Of a DNA stretch of 43,181 nt, positions 17,375 to 27,191 are shown one piece after another. The notes under the pieces are model-generated. The model was not told where the DNA came from, ran no database searches, and saw only the letters and a program-made list of their open reading frames with translations. Position 1 is the stretch's first letter; each line of letters starts with the position of its first letter. Origin of the DNA: a virus (Duplodnaviria > Caudoviricetes); the IMG/VR virus record IMGVR_UViG_3300048856_000126, positions 1-43,181 of that record, one strand, 5' to 3'. The translations under genes were made by a program, and so were the position numbers.

Positions 17375-17549
17375 CTGACCCCCACCCCATCACCCCTCCC
17401 CCGCCCCACCCTCGCGGTAGACCGCGGAGGGGGCGAACTTTCCCGTGTGAGGGTCTGGGACCTCTCCAACGGCCCTGGAAAGACCCGCCTGACGAGATGT
17501 CGGGCGGCGACTCGATTCGGCGAGATGCCGTTGATGAGGAGTGATCGGC

Positions 17550-18011
17550 ATGGCTGGAACCGGCCCCGCGCCAAACCCTTCAAGCCGTCGCCAGGCCGGC
17601 GGCCAAGCCCACACCTGGACCTCCCTGCCGGCCGATGGTCACTCCGGGGAAATTCCGGCTTGGCCGTTCGATCATCAAAGTGATCGTCAGGCCCGAGAAT
17701 GGGACCGCATCTGGCGCACGCCCCAGGCTGCCGAATGGGCAACCCGTGGTTGGTATGTCGAAGTGGCGATGTATGTCCGCTGGCTGGAGGCTTCCGAGGA
17801 CCCTGAGGCGTCGCTGACGCAGCAACTCAAAGTGAGCGCCGAGCTTCGCCAGTACTCAGACCTTCTCTTCTTGACGCGAGCTTCGATGCTCAAGAATCGG
17901 GTCAGGATCGCTGCGGACGAGGTGGCCGAGAAGCGCACCGAGCGGACGCCCTCGAAGACGAGCGCGCGTCGCCGGCTGAAGGTGGCCGACGGTGCCGTGG
18001 CGGGGTCCTGA
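17550..18011 (+). CDS. terS: terminase small subunit
   Basis: MAGTGPAP, WDRIWRTPQAAEW, ELRQ; GAGGAG RBS; position. Confidence 0.85.
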   Translation: MAGTGPAPNPSSRRQAGGQAHTWTSLPADGHSGEIPAWPFDHQSDRQAREWDRIWRTPQAAEWATRGWYVEVAMYVRWLEASEDPEASLTQQLKVSAELRQYSDLLFLTRASMLKNRVRIAADEVAEKRTERTPSKTSARRRLKVADGAVAGS

Positions 18012-18981
18012 GTACGACGGCGAGTTCCCCACGCTCGGCTGGGATGTCGGCGAGTGGATAGAAGACCACTGCGTCATCCCGGACCGTGAACACGGCGGCG
18101 AGCCGTACAAGCTCACCGACGAGATGTGGACGTTCCTCGCCCACCACTACCGACTGGCCCCGACTGCTCGCGTTGGACAGCTCGCCACAGCCTTCGCCTA
18201 TCGCCGCTCGATCTTGGTCCGACCGCAGAAGTGGGGCAAGGGTCCACTGACTGCGGCGATCATCTGCGCTGAAGCGATGGGGCCCGTGGTCTTCGATGGC
18301 TACGACGCCTCCGGGGATCCTGTAGGCCGGCCACAGTCGACGCCACGCATCCAGATTGCGGCGACCACGGACGACCAGACCGACAATGTCTACGGCCACC
18401 TGTTGCCAATGATCCAGCGAGGCCCGCTCGCGGACATGATCCCGGACGCCGGGGTGACTCGGATCAACCTTCCCGATGGCGGTTGGGTCGAGCCGGTGAC
18501 GTCGAAGGCGACATCCCGACTGGGTCAGCCGATCACGTTGGCCATCCAGGATGAGACGGGGATCTGGCTGAAGGCGAATGGCGGTCACTCGCTCGCCAAG
18601 ACCCAGCGTCGTGGCCTAGCGGGCATGGGCGGACGCTCGATCGAGACGACCAACGCTTGGAACCCGGCCGAGCTCTCCGTGGCTCAGATGGGCTTCGAGT
18701 CGAAGGTCTCGGACATCTACAAGGACTATCGCCAGGCCCCGGCCACACTGTCCTACAAGAACAAGGCCGAGCGTCGGAAGATCCACAAGATCGTCTACGG
18801 CGACTCCTGGTGGATCGACCTCGATGCGATCGAGGCCGAAGCCGCCGAGATCATGGAGACCGACCCGGGTGACGCGGAGCGGTTCTTCGGCAACCGCGTC
18901 GTCGCGGGCTCTGACTCCTGGCTGAAGACGGGCCTGTGGGAGAGGGCGTATCGCGATGCGCTGGTTGCCCAACCCGCCTGA
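17992..18981 (+). CDS. terL: terminase large subunit, ATPase domain
   Basis: RPQKWGKGP Walker A, AIQDE Walker B, TTNAW coupling motif. Confidence 0.9.
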   Translation: MPWRGPEYDGEFPTLGWDVGEWIEDHCVIPDREHGGEPYKLTDEMWTFLAHHYRLAPTARVGQLATAFAYRRSILVRPQKWGKGPLTAAIICAEAMGPVVFDGYDASGDPVGRPQSTPRIQIAATTDDQTDNVYGHLLPMIQRGPLADMIPDAGVTRINLPDGGWVEPVTSKATSRLGQPITLAIQDETGIWLKANGGHSLAKTQRRGLAGMGGRSIETTNAWNPAELSVAQMGFESKVSDIYKDYRQAPATLSYKNKAERRKIHKIVYGDSWWIDLDAIEAEAAEIMETDPGDAERFFGNRVVAGSDSWLKTGLWERAYRDALVAQPA

Positions 18982-19567
18982 CGGCACTTCGATCTGCCTC
19001 GGGTTCGATGGCAGTGACGTGGATGATCACACCGCCATCCGAGCTGAGACGCTCGAAGGGTTTCAGTTCACACCCCGTGTGCTTGGTGGCCGGCCCTCAA
19101 TCTGGAATCCAGCGCAGCACGAAGACCACCGGATCCCGCGCGACCAGGTCAATGCCGCTGTCGACGAGGTGTTCGCCCGCTTCAAGGTCGTCCGTTTCTA
19201 CTACGACCCGCCCTACTGGACCACCGAGGGCGAGGCATGGGCTCGCAAGCACGGTGAAGAGCACGTGCTGCCGTGGGAGACGTACCGAACGACCGCCATG
19301 CATAAGGCGCTGGAGCGGTTTGTCATCGACCTCGGGACGCGGGCACTGACGCACGATGGGTGCCCCGACACCACTAACCACATGGCCTCTGCCGTCAAGA
19401 AGTTCCGCGGCCGAGACCAGTACGGACTCGCCAAGGCATCCCGTCTTCAGAAGATCGACGCCGCGGTCACGAGCGTCCTCGCCCACGAGGCGGCATGCGA
19501 TGCGCGAGCGGCCGGCTGGGGCAAGTCGAAGCCCCGCAAGAACGCCCGCATGATCGTCATCCGCTGA
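18956..19567 (+). CDS. terminase large subunit, nuclease domain (separate ORF)
   Basis: LGFDGSDVDDHT, YYDPPYW, KIDAAV. Confidence 0.85.
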   Translation: MRWLPNPPDGTSICLGFDGSDVDDHTAIRAETLEGFQFTPRVLGGRPSIWNPAQHEDHRIPRDQVNAAVDEVFARFKVVRFYYDPPYWTTEGEAWARKHGEEHVLPWETYRTTAMHKALERFVIDLGTRALTHDGCPDTTNHMASAVKKFRGRDQYGLAKASRLQKIDAAVTSVLAHEAACDARAAGWGKSKPRKNARMIVIR

Positions 19568-19579
19568 GAGGAGGCCGCT

Positions 19580-21025
19580 GTGAAGCTGAGCGACCTCACG
19601 GACGAGCAGTGGTTCAGCCGTCTCTCCGCTCGCCGGAATGCTCAGGCTGGGGCTATCAAGGGTTGGTGGCAGTACTACGACGGCGAGCAGCCGCTGTACT
19701 ACCTCCTGCGGATACTCGCCGAGCAGGATGACCGCTTCGGGGCACTGACGATCAACTGGTGCGAGAAGTTCGCCGACGCGATCGATCGGCGCATGTTCGT
19801 CGAGGGCTTCCTGCTCGGCGGCAGCGACACGCCCGATGACGACCTATGGGCCGCCTGGCAGCGCAACGACATGTCGGAGTACCAGTCGGAGAACAACATC
19901 GCCTCCCTGGTCACGAGCAACTCGTACATCATGGTTGGCCCCTCTGACGAGGGAGCTTTGATCACGGTGGAGTCTCCAGACTCGATCGCGGTCGAGGTTG
20001 ACCCATTGACGCGCCGCGTGATCGCCGCACTGAAGTTCTACAAGTCCGACTCCGAGGCGACTCTGGACGATCGGGCTGTGCTGCACGTGCCGGACTCCTC
20101 GGGCGGCTCTCGGCTGGTCGAGTTCGAGGTCGGCAAGAAGGTCAACTCGACAAAGCAGGAGTGGATGGCGGCGGCGTCACGCCTCCAGTCCTCCCCCGAG
20201 GTTCCGATCGTCCAGTTCCCCAATCGCCAGCGCCAGCGCATCGGGCGTTCGGAACTGCGGTCACTGAAGCCGCTGGTCGATGCCGCCAACTTCACCGCAA
20301 CGTCAATGATGGCGACGGTCCTGCATCACGCGATGCCGCGCATGCTAGCGATCAACGTGGCCGAGTCGCTGTTCATGAACGACGACGGCTCGGTAAACCG
20401 CGATGCAGTCAAGGCGGCGACGGGCGCATTGTGGATCGTTCCGGCCGAGACTGACGATCAGGGGAACGTGCCTGAGAACGCACCGACGCCCGACGTGAAG
20501 CAGCTCCCAGCTTCCGACATGCGGAACTTCCACGAGACTCTGTCGAACCTCGCTCGCATCGGCGCGGGCCTGTGCGACCTGCCGCCGCACACGCTGGGTT
20601 TCGGCGTCTCAGACAATCCCGCTTCGGCGGACGGCATCCGCGCCTCCGAAGGCGACATGGTCGCCCGCGTCGAGCGCCACCAGGTGGCCCGTGGGAACGG
20701 CTACGAACGGGTCATGCGCCTCGCAATGGCCGTCGAAGGCAAGGACCCCTCACTCGCCACGGGGCTGGAGACGGTGTGGCGCAGCGCGGCCACGCCCACA
20801 CAGGCCTCGAAGGCGGATGCCGCGGTCAAGACCTTCGGTGCCGGCATCTCCGACCTGCGCCAAGCTCGCGTGGACTACGGGTACTCGCTGACGACCATCG
20901 AGGCCATGGAGGAGCGCGAGGAGCGCGCCGCCTCCGACCCGACTCTGACGTCGGCCGTCGACGAGCTGCGACGGGTCCGCGAGCGTGCGACGGGCGCGAC
21001 CAGTGATCCCACGCGCGGCGCTTGA
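19580..21025 (+). CDS. portal protein (SPP1 gp6-like)
   Basis: YYDGEQPL, INW, WQRNDM, FPN..GRSEL, NPASADGIRA. Confidence 0.9.
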   Translation: MKLSDLTDEQWFSRLSARRNAQAGAIKGWWQYYDGEQPLYYLLRILAEQDDRFGALTINWCEKFADAIDRRMFVEGFLLGGSDTPDDDLWAAWQRNDMSEYQSENNIASLVTSNSYIMVGPSDEGALITVESPDSIAVEVDPLTRRVIAALKFYKSDSEATLDDRAVLHVPDSSGGSRLVEFEVGKKVNSTKQEWMAAASRLQSSPEVPIVQFPNRQRQRIGRSELRSLKPLVDAANFTATSMMATVLHHAMPRMLAINVAESLFMNDDGSVNRDAVKAATGALWIVPAETDDQGNVPENAPTPDVKQLPASDMRNFHETLSNLARIGAGLCDLPPHTLGFGVSDNPASADGIRASEGDMVARVERHQVARGNGYERVMRLAMAVEGKDPSLATGLETVWRSAATPTQASKADAAVKTFGAGISDLRQARVDYGYSLTTIEAMEEREERAASDPTLTSAVDELRRVRERATGATSDPTRGA

Positions 21026-22001
21026 TCAAGAGCGCGAGCAGGACCGCATAGTCGCCATCGCCACCCGAGGCGTCCGCCGAATCTGGCAGCGCATGACGGG
21101 GCGACGGTGGGAGCGAGCCTGGCGCGACGATGTGGGCCCGTCGATCCAAGAGGTCGTACTGGCGGCGCAAGAGGCTGCGGCGGTTTCGGCCGATGCGTAT
21201 GTTGCCGCCGTTCTCGCCGAGCTCGACTTCCCGGTCGAAGTTCCCACGGCTCTCAACATCGACGCACTGATCGGCGTAGCCGGCGACGGAACACCTGTGG
21301 AGTCGCTGACCTATGGCGCGGTGATCGAATCCGCCAAGGCCCAGTATCGGCCGGCCCTGGCTTCTCTTTCGCAGTCTCAGGCTGCCCAAGAGGCGCTGCT
21401 CGAGGGTCAGCAGTGGATGGACGACCTCGTGACGACCATCCTTGCCGACACCGCGCGTGCTGCCGAAGTCGCCTCGACCGCTCAGCGGACGTGGGTCACA
21501 GGATACGTCCGGATGATCGAGCCCGGAGCCTGCTCACGGTGCGTGATCCTGGCGGGGTCCTTCTACTTCTACAACGAGGGGTTCCTGCGGCACCCACGCT
21601 GTCGCTGCCGACACATCCCAGCCAGCGAGGACGTTGCGGGAGATGTCCTGACCAGCCCGAGCGCGTACTTCGAATCACTATCCGAGTCCGACCAGGATCG
21701 GATCTTCACGAAGGCCGGAGCGGACGCCATCCGCCTCGGCGCCGACCCCGGCCAAGTGGTTCGCGCTCGCCGCGGAATGCAGACCGCCCAGATCTACGGC
21801 CGAAAGACCCTCGTCACCACTGAGGGAGTGACGGCGCGAGGACTCGCCGGCAAGACGCTCGGCGACCTTGGGAAGATCGCTGGCCAGCGCTACCGAAGTA
21901 GCCGCACGCCACGCCTGATGCCCGAGTCGATCCTGGCGAACGCGACGAGCCCCGAGGACGCCCTCCGCTTGCTGAAGCGGTTCGGCTACGTCCTCGACTG
22001 A
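21003..22001 (+). CDS. MuF-like/capsid maturation protein
   Basis: GYVRMIEPGACSRCVILAG...RHPRCRC...RLMPE; after portal. Confidence 0.8.
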   Translation: MIPRAALDQEREQDRIVAIATRGVRRIWQRMTGRRWERAWRDDVGPSIQEVVLAAQEAAAVSADAYVAAVLAELDFPVEVPTALNIDALIGVAGDGTPVESLTYGAVIESAKAQYRPALASLSQSQAAQEALLEGQQWMDDLVTTILADTARAAEVASTAQRTWVTGYVRMIEPGACSRCVILAGSFYFYNEGFLRHPRCRCRHIPASEDVAGDVLTSPSAYFESLSESDQDRIFTKAGADAIRLGADPGQVVRARRGMQTAQIYGRKTLVTTEGVTARGLAGKTLGDLGKIAGQRYRSSRTPRLMPESILANATSPEDALRLLKRFGYVLD

Positions 22002-22051
22002 GTCTCCCGGCGACGAGAGGTCGCCGGACAACCTCCGAGATGGAGACCCGC

Positions 22052-22657
22052 ATGACCGAGCAGCAGATTCCCGCCACGCCCACCCCGTCGGCCGTCCCCA
22101 CTGGCGCGGAACCGGCAGATCCCGCCGGCAACCCTCTGCCCGCGGCCAAGCAGCCGCCGTGGGGCAAGCCGGAGAACTTCGATCCCGATAAGGCGTGGGA
22201 TCTCATCCAGAACCTGCGCAACGAGAAGGGCGTCGTTGATCCGGCACTGAAGTCTGAGCTCGACCAGATGCGTCAGACGATGCAGCAGCAGCGCGACGCA
22301 CTCGCCGCCGCTTTGGGCGTGAAGCCCGAGGAGACGTCGGATACCGACAAGCTCGCACAACAGATCCAGGGGCTCCAGTCCCAGATCCTCTCGGCCGAGA
22401 AGCGCGCTCTCGCTGTCGAGTTCAAGGTCCCCGAGGCAATGCTCACCGCCCCGGACGCGGCCGCCCTTCGCGAACAGGCGGCACAGCTCGCCGAGTTCGC
22501 CCAGGCCGCCCACTACGCGGCCCTCACAAGCACCCCTCCGCCTCCGCCGCCCGCGTTCCAGCCGAACCCGGGACAGGGGCAGGGGAACGGTCCTCTGTCG
22601 CCAGAGGCCCAGGCAGAGGCGGAGTACGAGAAGTACTACCCCAGCACCAAGAAGTAG
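22052..22657 (+). CDS. scaffolding protein
   Basis: PPWGKPENFDPDKAWDLIQNLR, coiled coil, Pro-rich tail. Confidence 0.8.
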   Translation: MTEQQIPATPTPSAVPTGAEPADPAGNPLPAAKQPPWGKPENFDPDKAWDLIQNLRNEKGVVDPALKSELDQMRQTMQQQRDALAAALGVKPEETSDTDKLAQQIQGLQSQILSAEKRALAVEFKVPEAMLTAPDAAALREQAAQLAEFAQAAHYAALTSTPPPPPPAFQPNPGQGQGNGPLSPEAQAEAEYEKYYPSTKK

Positions 22658-22717
22658 TCGCCGAGATGGCGCTCTCGCAGTAACCACCCCACCTCATCCG
22701 AAAGAGAGGGCCATCTC

Positions 22718-23083
22718 ATGGCCGAGTACCTCCCCATTCACACCCCGGGGCAGGCGATCACGCTGAAGGCGTCGGGTTCCATCACTGGCGGCCGAGTCGT
22801 GGCCGTTTCCGGCTCCGGCACCGTGGCGACTGCGGGCGCAGACAGCACCGCCTGGGTTGGCGTCGCGTCTCACGACGCCGCAACGAACGACGACGTCACC
22901 ATCTGGTGCGGCGGCACGCAGGAGTGCGTTGCCTCCGGCGCCATCACCGCTGGCGACGCCATCGAGGTTGCCGCCTCGGGCGCGGTCGCCACCGCGGCAA
23001 CCCCGACCGTGGCGACCTTCGTCGGCATCGCCCTCACGTCCGCTGCGGACGGCGCCAAGGTGCGCGTCCGCTTCAACCGATAA
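22718..23083 (+). CDS. head decoration/capsid cement protein
   Basis: Ala/Gly-rich; ASGAITAGD...GIALTSAADG. Confidence 0.8.
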   Translation: MAEYLPIHTPGQAITLKASGSITGGRVVAVSGSGTVATAGADSTAWVGVASHDAATNDDVTIWCGGTQECVASGAITAGDAIEVAASGAVATAATPTVATFVGIALTSAADGAKVRVRFNR

Positions 23084-23095
23084 GGAGCCGTGAAC

Positions 23096-24022
23096 ATGGC
23101 TACGTACCCTCCCGCGGCTCCGACCTACTCGGACCCGAACCTGACCGCTTCGCGGTTCCTGAAGAACCCCGAGTTCGTCGCTCGACGGGTCCGAGATCTG
23201 ACCTCCCTGCGGCTTCCCGGCGAGTTCCTGCTGAAGGGTCGCTTCGAGGCGACCGGCGGCGCGATCGGCTACGAGACCGTCGAGGGGATGTTCGCTGACG
23301 CGGCTCCCGAGACCGTGGCTCCGGGCTCCGAGTACACCCTGACCACGATCTCTGACGGTCCGGCGGCTCTCGCGAAGGTGACGAAGTCCGGCAAGGACAC
23401 CATCGTCACCGACGAGTCCATCGCTCGACGGAACATGGATCCGGTCGAGAAGGGCCTGCGCAAGCTGACCAACTCGGGCGTGCTCGCGATCAACAGCACC
23501 ATCGTGTCGCTCATCGTCTCTGCCGTCACGAACGACCGCGCCGCCTCTGCGGTGTGGACCGGCACCTCGGCGAAGATCCTGCAGGACATCCTGCGCGCCA
23601 AGGCGTCGATCACGGCCCTGAACCAGGGCTACGACCCCGACGTGCTGCTGGTCGACGACGAGACCTGGGCCTACCTGGCCTCGGACCCGGTCGTCTCCGC
23701 AGCGATGGCGCGCGAGGACCGGACCAACCCGGTCTACTCGGGCCGCTTCGAGGTCATCGCCGGACTGGAGGTCGTCCCTGTGCCGACCGCCTACATGCCG
23801 GGCGGCTCCGGGACCTCGGCCTGGGTGCTCGACACCAACCAGCTCGGGTTCATCGCGCCCGAGGACATCGGTGGTGGCTACCAGCAGGCCGGCGAGATCA
23901 TGCAGACCAAGGTCATGCGCGTCGACGAGAACGACGGCTGGCGCCTGCGCGCCCGGTCGAACTTCGCGGCCGGCGTCACCGACCCGGGTGCCGGGTTCGA
24001 GATCACCGGGGTTCGGGCGTGA
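23096..24022 (+). CDS. major capsid protein
   Basis: AAGGAG RBS; ETVAPGSEY, GYDPDVLLV; size and position. Confidence 0.9.
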   Translation: MATYPPAAPTYSDPNLTASRFLKNPEFVARRVRDLTSLRLPGEFLLKGRFEATGGAIGYETVEGMFADAAPETVAPGSEYTLTTISDGPAALAKVTKSGKDTIVTDESIARRNMDPVEKGLRKLTNSGVLAINSTIVSLIVSAVTNDRAASAVWTGTSAKILQDILRAKASITALNQGYDPDVLLVDDETWAYLASDPVVSAAMAREDRTNPVYSGRFEVIAGLEVVPVPTAYMPGGSGTSAWVLDTNQLGFIAPEDIGGGYQQAGEIMQTKVMRVDENDGWRLRARSNFAAGVTDPGAGFEITGVRA

Positions 24023-24210
24023 CCGCCGCAAAGAAGGCGACCTCTGCGAGGTCGAGCTCTGACGGCTACCGCGTCGTCGGCTCTCGCATCCAGGTCGTCA
24101 TGGGCGAGCAGGTACTCCAGTTCGCGAACGGCGACGTCCTCCCTGAGGGCGTTGACGAGGCGAGCCTGGAGCGTCTGGTCGATCGCGGCCTGGTCGAGAA
24201 GAACGGTTAG
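24019..24210 (+). CDS. small head-associated protein
   Basis: GDVLPEGVDEASLERLVDRGLVE; GTGA overlap. Confidence 0.65.
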   Translation: MTAAKKATSARSSSDGYRVVGSRIQVVMGEQVLQFANGDVLPEGVDEASLERLVDRGLVEKNG

Positions 24211-24224
24211 GAGAGGAGGGCGCC

Positions 24225-24608
24225 ATGGCAAACCCGGCAACGACTGCGGACATCGAGGCCCGCTGGCGCCCCCTCTCTGCCGCCGAGCAAGTCGTCGCAG
24301 CCACGCGCCTCGACGACGCTTGGCGGAAACTGAAGCGCGATATCCCCGACCTCGAAGCCCGGATGGTCGGCAATGCTGACCTGACTGCTGATGTCGTCCG
24401 CGTCCTCTCGGATGCCGTAATCCGAGTTCTACAGAACCCCGAGGGAATCCGTCGCGGGACCGTGTCGCTCGACGACGCGTCTCGAACCTTTGACTTCGGT
24501 GGTGACTCAACGCGCGTCGGCCTGTACTTCACGGACGACGAGTACGCAGACCTGTCATCGACGGGCAAGCGCCGCAGGGCGCGCGCGTTCTCGGTGCAGC
24601 CGTCGTGA
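24225..24608 (+). CDS. head-to-tail adaptor
   Basis: ATTADIEARWRPLS...VIRVLQNPEG...GLYFTDDE. Confidence 0.85.
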   Translation: MANPATTADIEARWRPLSAAEQVVAATRLDDAWRKLKRDIPDLEARMVGNADLTADVVRVLSDAVIRVLQNPEGIRRGTVSLDDASRTFDFGGDSTRVGLYFTDDEYADLSSTGKRRRARAFSVQPS

Positions 24609-25036
24609 GCATCTTCCCCCTGCCAACCACGGCAGATGAGGCGGACTTCCGGCGCCTAGCTGAGCTTCGCATGACGTCCCGCGTCACAGTCCTCCGCAAG
24701 TCCGACCGCACCGCCCAGAACGAGTCGACCGGCGAAGAGTCCCCCGTCTGGGACATCGTCCACACCGACCTTCCCTTCCGCCTCGACTTCAGCTCGTCGT
24801 CGGATGGTGGCTCGCGTCGCATCGAAGTGGCAGGCGTCGAGTACGAGACCGCGACCGCGGTCGGTCACTTCCCTGCGACGACCGCCGACCTGGCCGACGG
24901 CGACTACATCGACGTCACGGCCGGCGAGTGCGCGGGTGACGTGTTCTCAATCGTCAAGGCGGTCCGCGCTGACCAGAAGACCGCACGCCGGCTCCCGTTG
25001 ACCGAGGAGTCGCGGCCCGACGAGTGGGGGTTCTGA
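24605..25036 (+). CDS. head-to-tail stopper (DUF6093-like)
   Basis: AELRMTSRVTV...TARRLP; position. Confidence 0.75.
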   Translation: MSIFPLPTTADEADFRRLAELRMTSRVTVLRKSDRTAQNESTGEESPVWDIVHTDLPFRLDFSSSSDGGSRRIEVAGVEYETATAVGHFPATTADLADGDYIDVTAGECAGDVFSIVKAVRADQKTARRLPLTEESRPDEWGF

Positions 25037-25185
25037 TGACAGAGCGCCGAGTGGCCTTTCGCCTCGATGTCACGGATGACTTCACGGGTCCAATGCAGGC
25101 TGCCGCCGAAGCGGGTCGCGCGATGCACCGCGACTTCGAACTCGCCGGGGCCACCTGGGAGCCGCACGACTGGGACGACCTCTGA
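25036..25185 (+). CDS. 49-aa protein resembling the tape-measure N-terminus
   Basis: TGATG-coupled at both ends; MTERRVAFRLDVTDDFTGPMQAAA. Confidence 0.55.
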   Translation: MTERRVAFRLDVTDDFTGPMQAAAEAGRAMHRDFELAGATWEPHDWDDL

Positions 25186-25556
25186 TGAGAATCTCCGTCA
25201 CGGGCGGCGTCGGCGACCTCGCGAACGACCTTGCCGCGATCCCTGCGAAGGCTGCCCGCGGCCTGGCCACGACGGTCCGCAAGAACGCCAACGAGGGCAA
25301 TCGGCTGGCGTCGCGGTTCGCCAAGGAGTCGGCCGGCGCGCATGGAAAGCACTACCCCCGCGCCTTCTCTGCCGAGGCCATCTCGCCGCTGTCTTGGGAG
25401 TACGGCCCGGACGCCGCGAAGCCTCAGGGCGGCATGAGCTTCGAAGAGGGCTCGCGCAACCAGCCCCCTCACCACGACCTCGCGAAGTCGCAGGACATCA
25501 TCGGCCCGAAGTTGGCTGCCGACGTCGGCGACGTGGTGGATCGGCTTTTCTGGTGA
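25185..25556 (+). CDS. neck/tail completion protein (HK97 gp10-like)
   Basis: HYPRAFS...EYGPD..KPQG...FEEGSRNQPPH. Confidence 0.75.
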   Translation: MRISVTGGVGDLANDLAAIPAKAARGLATTVRKNANEGNRLASRFAKESAGAHGKHYPRAFSAEAISPLSWEYGPDAAKPQGGMSFEEGSRNQPPHHDLAKSQDIIGPKLAADVGDVVDRLFW

Positions 25557-25990
25557 GCACTGCACCGGTCCTCGACGAGCGCGAGCACGTCGAGGTGTTC
25601 AAGGCTGCGGTCACGGCGGCGCTGGCCCCCAAGTGGCGGTGCTACGGCTATGACGACGTGCCGGGTTCGCCGCAGAATCCGGACGAGAACGAGCGCCGCA
25701 AGCCGCTGCCCAACATCTACGTCCTCGTCTCCCTGGAGCGCCGCTTCGTCCAGCCGGGTCGTCTCATCGGTCGCGCCGGCCGCTCTGGCTGGCGCGTCTC
25801 GTTCCGCGGCGTCGGTCGCACGGAGGACGAGTGCCGGTGGGCGCTGTTGCGGATCGCCAACGCGGTCGACGAGTTGCGGTTCTCCATCGACGGGTTCCGC
25901 TCGACGGTTCTCACGCACGAGTCGTCCACCTCGCCCGAGTGGGACGACCGCAGGTTCAGCGCCATCAAGACGTACACGTACTCGCTTTAA
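25553..25990 (+). CDS. tail terminator
   Basis: position before major tail; YDDVP..IYVLV..FRGVG. Confidence 0.65.
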   Translation: MSTAPVLDEREHVEVFKAAVTAALAPKWRCYGYDDVPGSPQNPDENERRKPLPNIYVLVSLERRFVQPGRLIGRAGRSGWRVSFRGVGRTEDECRWALLRIANAVDELRFSIDGFRSTVLTHESSTSPEWDDRRFSAIKTYTYSL

Positions 25991-25999
25991 GGAGCCGTC

Positions 26000-26239
26000 A
26001 TGGCTGATCTGGTCCGCGTCCGCACCGAGTCGGGCGCCGAGGTCAACGTCAACGAGTCGATCGCCAAGCGCAACAACCTGGAGATCCTCGACGAGACCGC
26101 CTGGAAGGCGTTCAACACGCCGCGTGCCGCCACCCGCAACGGCGGCCGGCGCCCCAAGAAGAAGACCACCGTTGCCGAGGCGGCAGCGGCCAAGAAGGCG
26201 GCTACTGAGCCCGCCGGCACCGAAGGAGAAGCCAAGTGA
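26000..26239 (+). CDS. hypothetical protein
   Basis: AAGGAG RBS; LVRVRTESG. Confidence 0.7.
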   Translation: MADLVRVRTESGAEVNVNESIAKRNNLEILDETAWKAFNTPRAATRNGGRRPKKKTTVAEAAAAKKAATEPAGTEGEAK

Positions 26240-26760
26240 CGGTCCACTTTCCCGAGGCGACTACCGTCCTCGGCAACCTGAAGGTCAACGCGATGCTCAC
26301 CGTCGCCGACCAGGAGGCGATCAAGATCGCCACCGAGTGGAACGCGGCCACGTCCGTCGACCTCTCGTGCTTCCTGCGTCCGTTCTCGCCCGACGTGACC
26401 GTGAACAACGGCACGGCGCCGACGCGGATCTGCACCACGATCACGCTGCCCCAGGAGGGGCGCACCCAGATCGGTGCCTTCGAGCTGCGCTACGTCTACA
26501 ACCCCCAGGAGGACGACTCCGACCCGGACAACGCGGCGAAGGAGCTGCTCGTCCGCGGCACGGAGATCGTGCTCGGCATCCGGAAGGGCCTCGACGCGCT
26601 GACGGTGGCGCCTGCGATCGGCCAGCACACGGAGTCCTGGAAGGGTCGCCTCGGCCGTCAGAACCGGGTGCAGTCCGAGGGTGACGACCAGGCGGAGTTC
26701 GAGATCTCGCAGATGTTCTACCCCACGCAGGACGTCGTCTACGGCGTCCTCGCCGCGTAG
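26236..26760 (+). CDS. major tail protein
   Basis: VDLSCFL...RIC...YVYNPQ...IRKG. Confidence 0.85.
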   Translation: MTVHFPEATTVLGNLKVNAMLTVADQEAIKIATEWNAATSVDLSCFLRPFSPDVTVNNGTAPTRICTTITLPQEGRTQIGAFELRYVYNPQEDDSDPDNAAKELLVRGTEIVLGIRKGLDALTVAPAIGQHTESWKGRLGRQNRVQSEGDDQAEFEISQMFYPTQDVVYGVLAA

Positions 26761-26772
26761 TCCCACGAACGG

Positions 26773-26807
26773 CCCGCCGCCGGTTCCGCCGAAGTGCCGG
26801 CGGCGGG
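26773..26807 (+). terminator. hairpin after major tail gene
   Basis: CCCGCCGCCGG...CCGGCGGCGGG. Confidence 0.6.
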
Positions 26808-26849
26808 TCTCCAAACTTCGGCTCACTTCGGTTTCGGCAAGGAGCACCA

Positions 26850-27191
26850 ATGGCGCACATCATCTATCGGCCCGGCCCGGAGATGGGCACGATGCAGCTC
26901 ATCATCAACGGTGTTGACTACTCGCGCGATGTTTATGACAACATCGAGATCGTCCATGTTGGCGACGATCCGCTTGCCAGTGACGTCGGCCTTCGCGTCA
27001 CCTTCGCGCTCGGCGAGGTCGAGTTCGGTGGCAACGCCCCCGCAGAGACGTGCCGCTTCGAGTCTGAGATGGCCCGCTACTCCGCAATCTTGGAGAAGGC
27101 CATCGATCGCCTCCCCGAGGGGATAGGGCGCGAACTCAACCGGTCGGCCACGGCGGGCAAGCGGAATAACAAGCGGGGCGGCCCCCGATGA
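26850..27191 (+). CDS. hypothetical protein between major tail and chaperone genes
   Basis: AAGGAG RBS; ATGA-coupled to chaperone. Confidence 0.65.
   Translation: MAHIIYRPGPEMGTMQLIINGVDYSRDVYDNIEIVHVGDDPLASDVGLRVTFALGEVEFGGNAPAETCRFESEMARYSAILEKAIDRLPEGIGRELNRSATAGKRNNKRGGPR

Noticed and set aside
17375-17470. cos site between HNH and terS
   Set aside because: Position fits, but the exact cohesive end cannot be determined from sequence alone.
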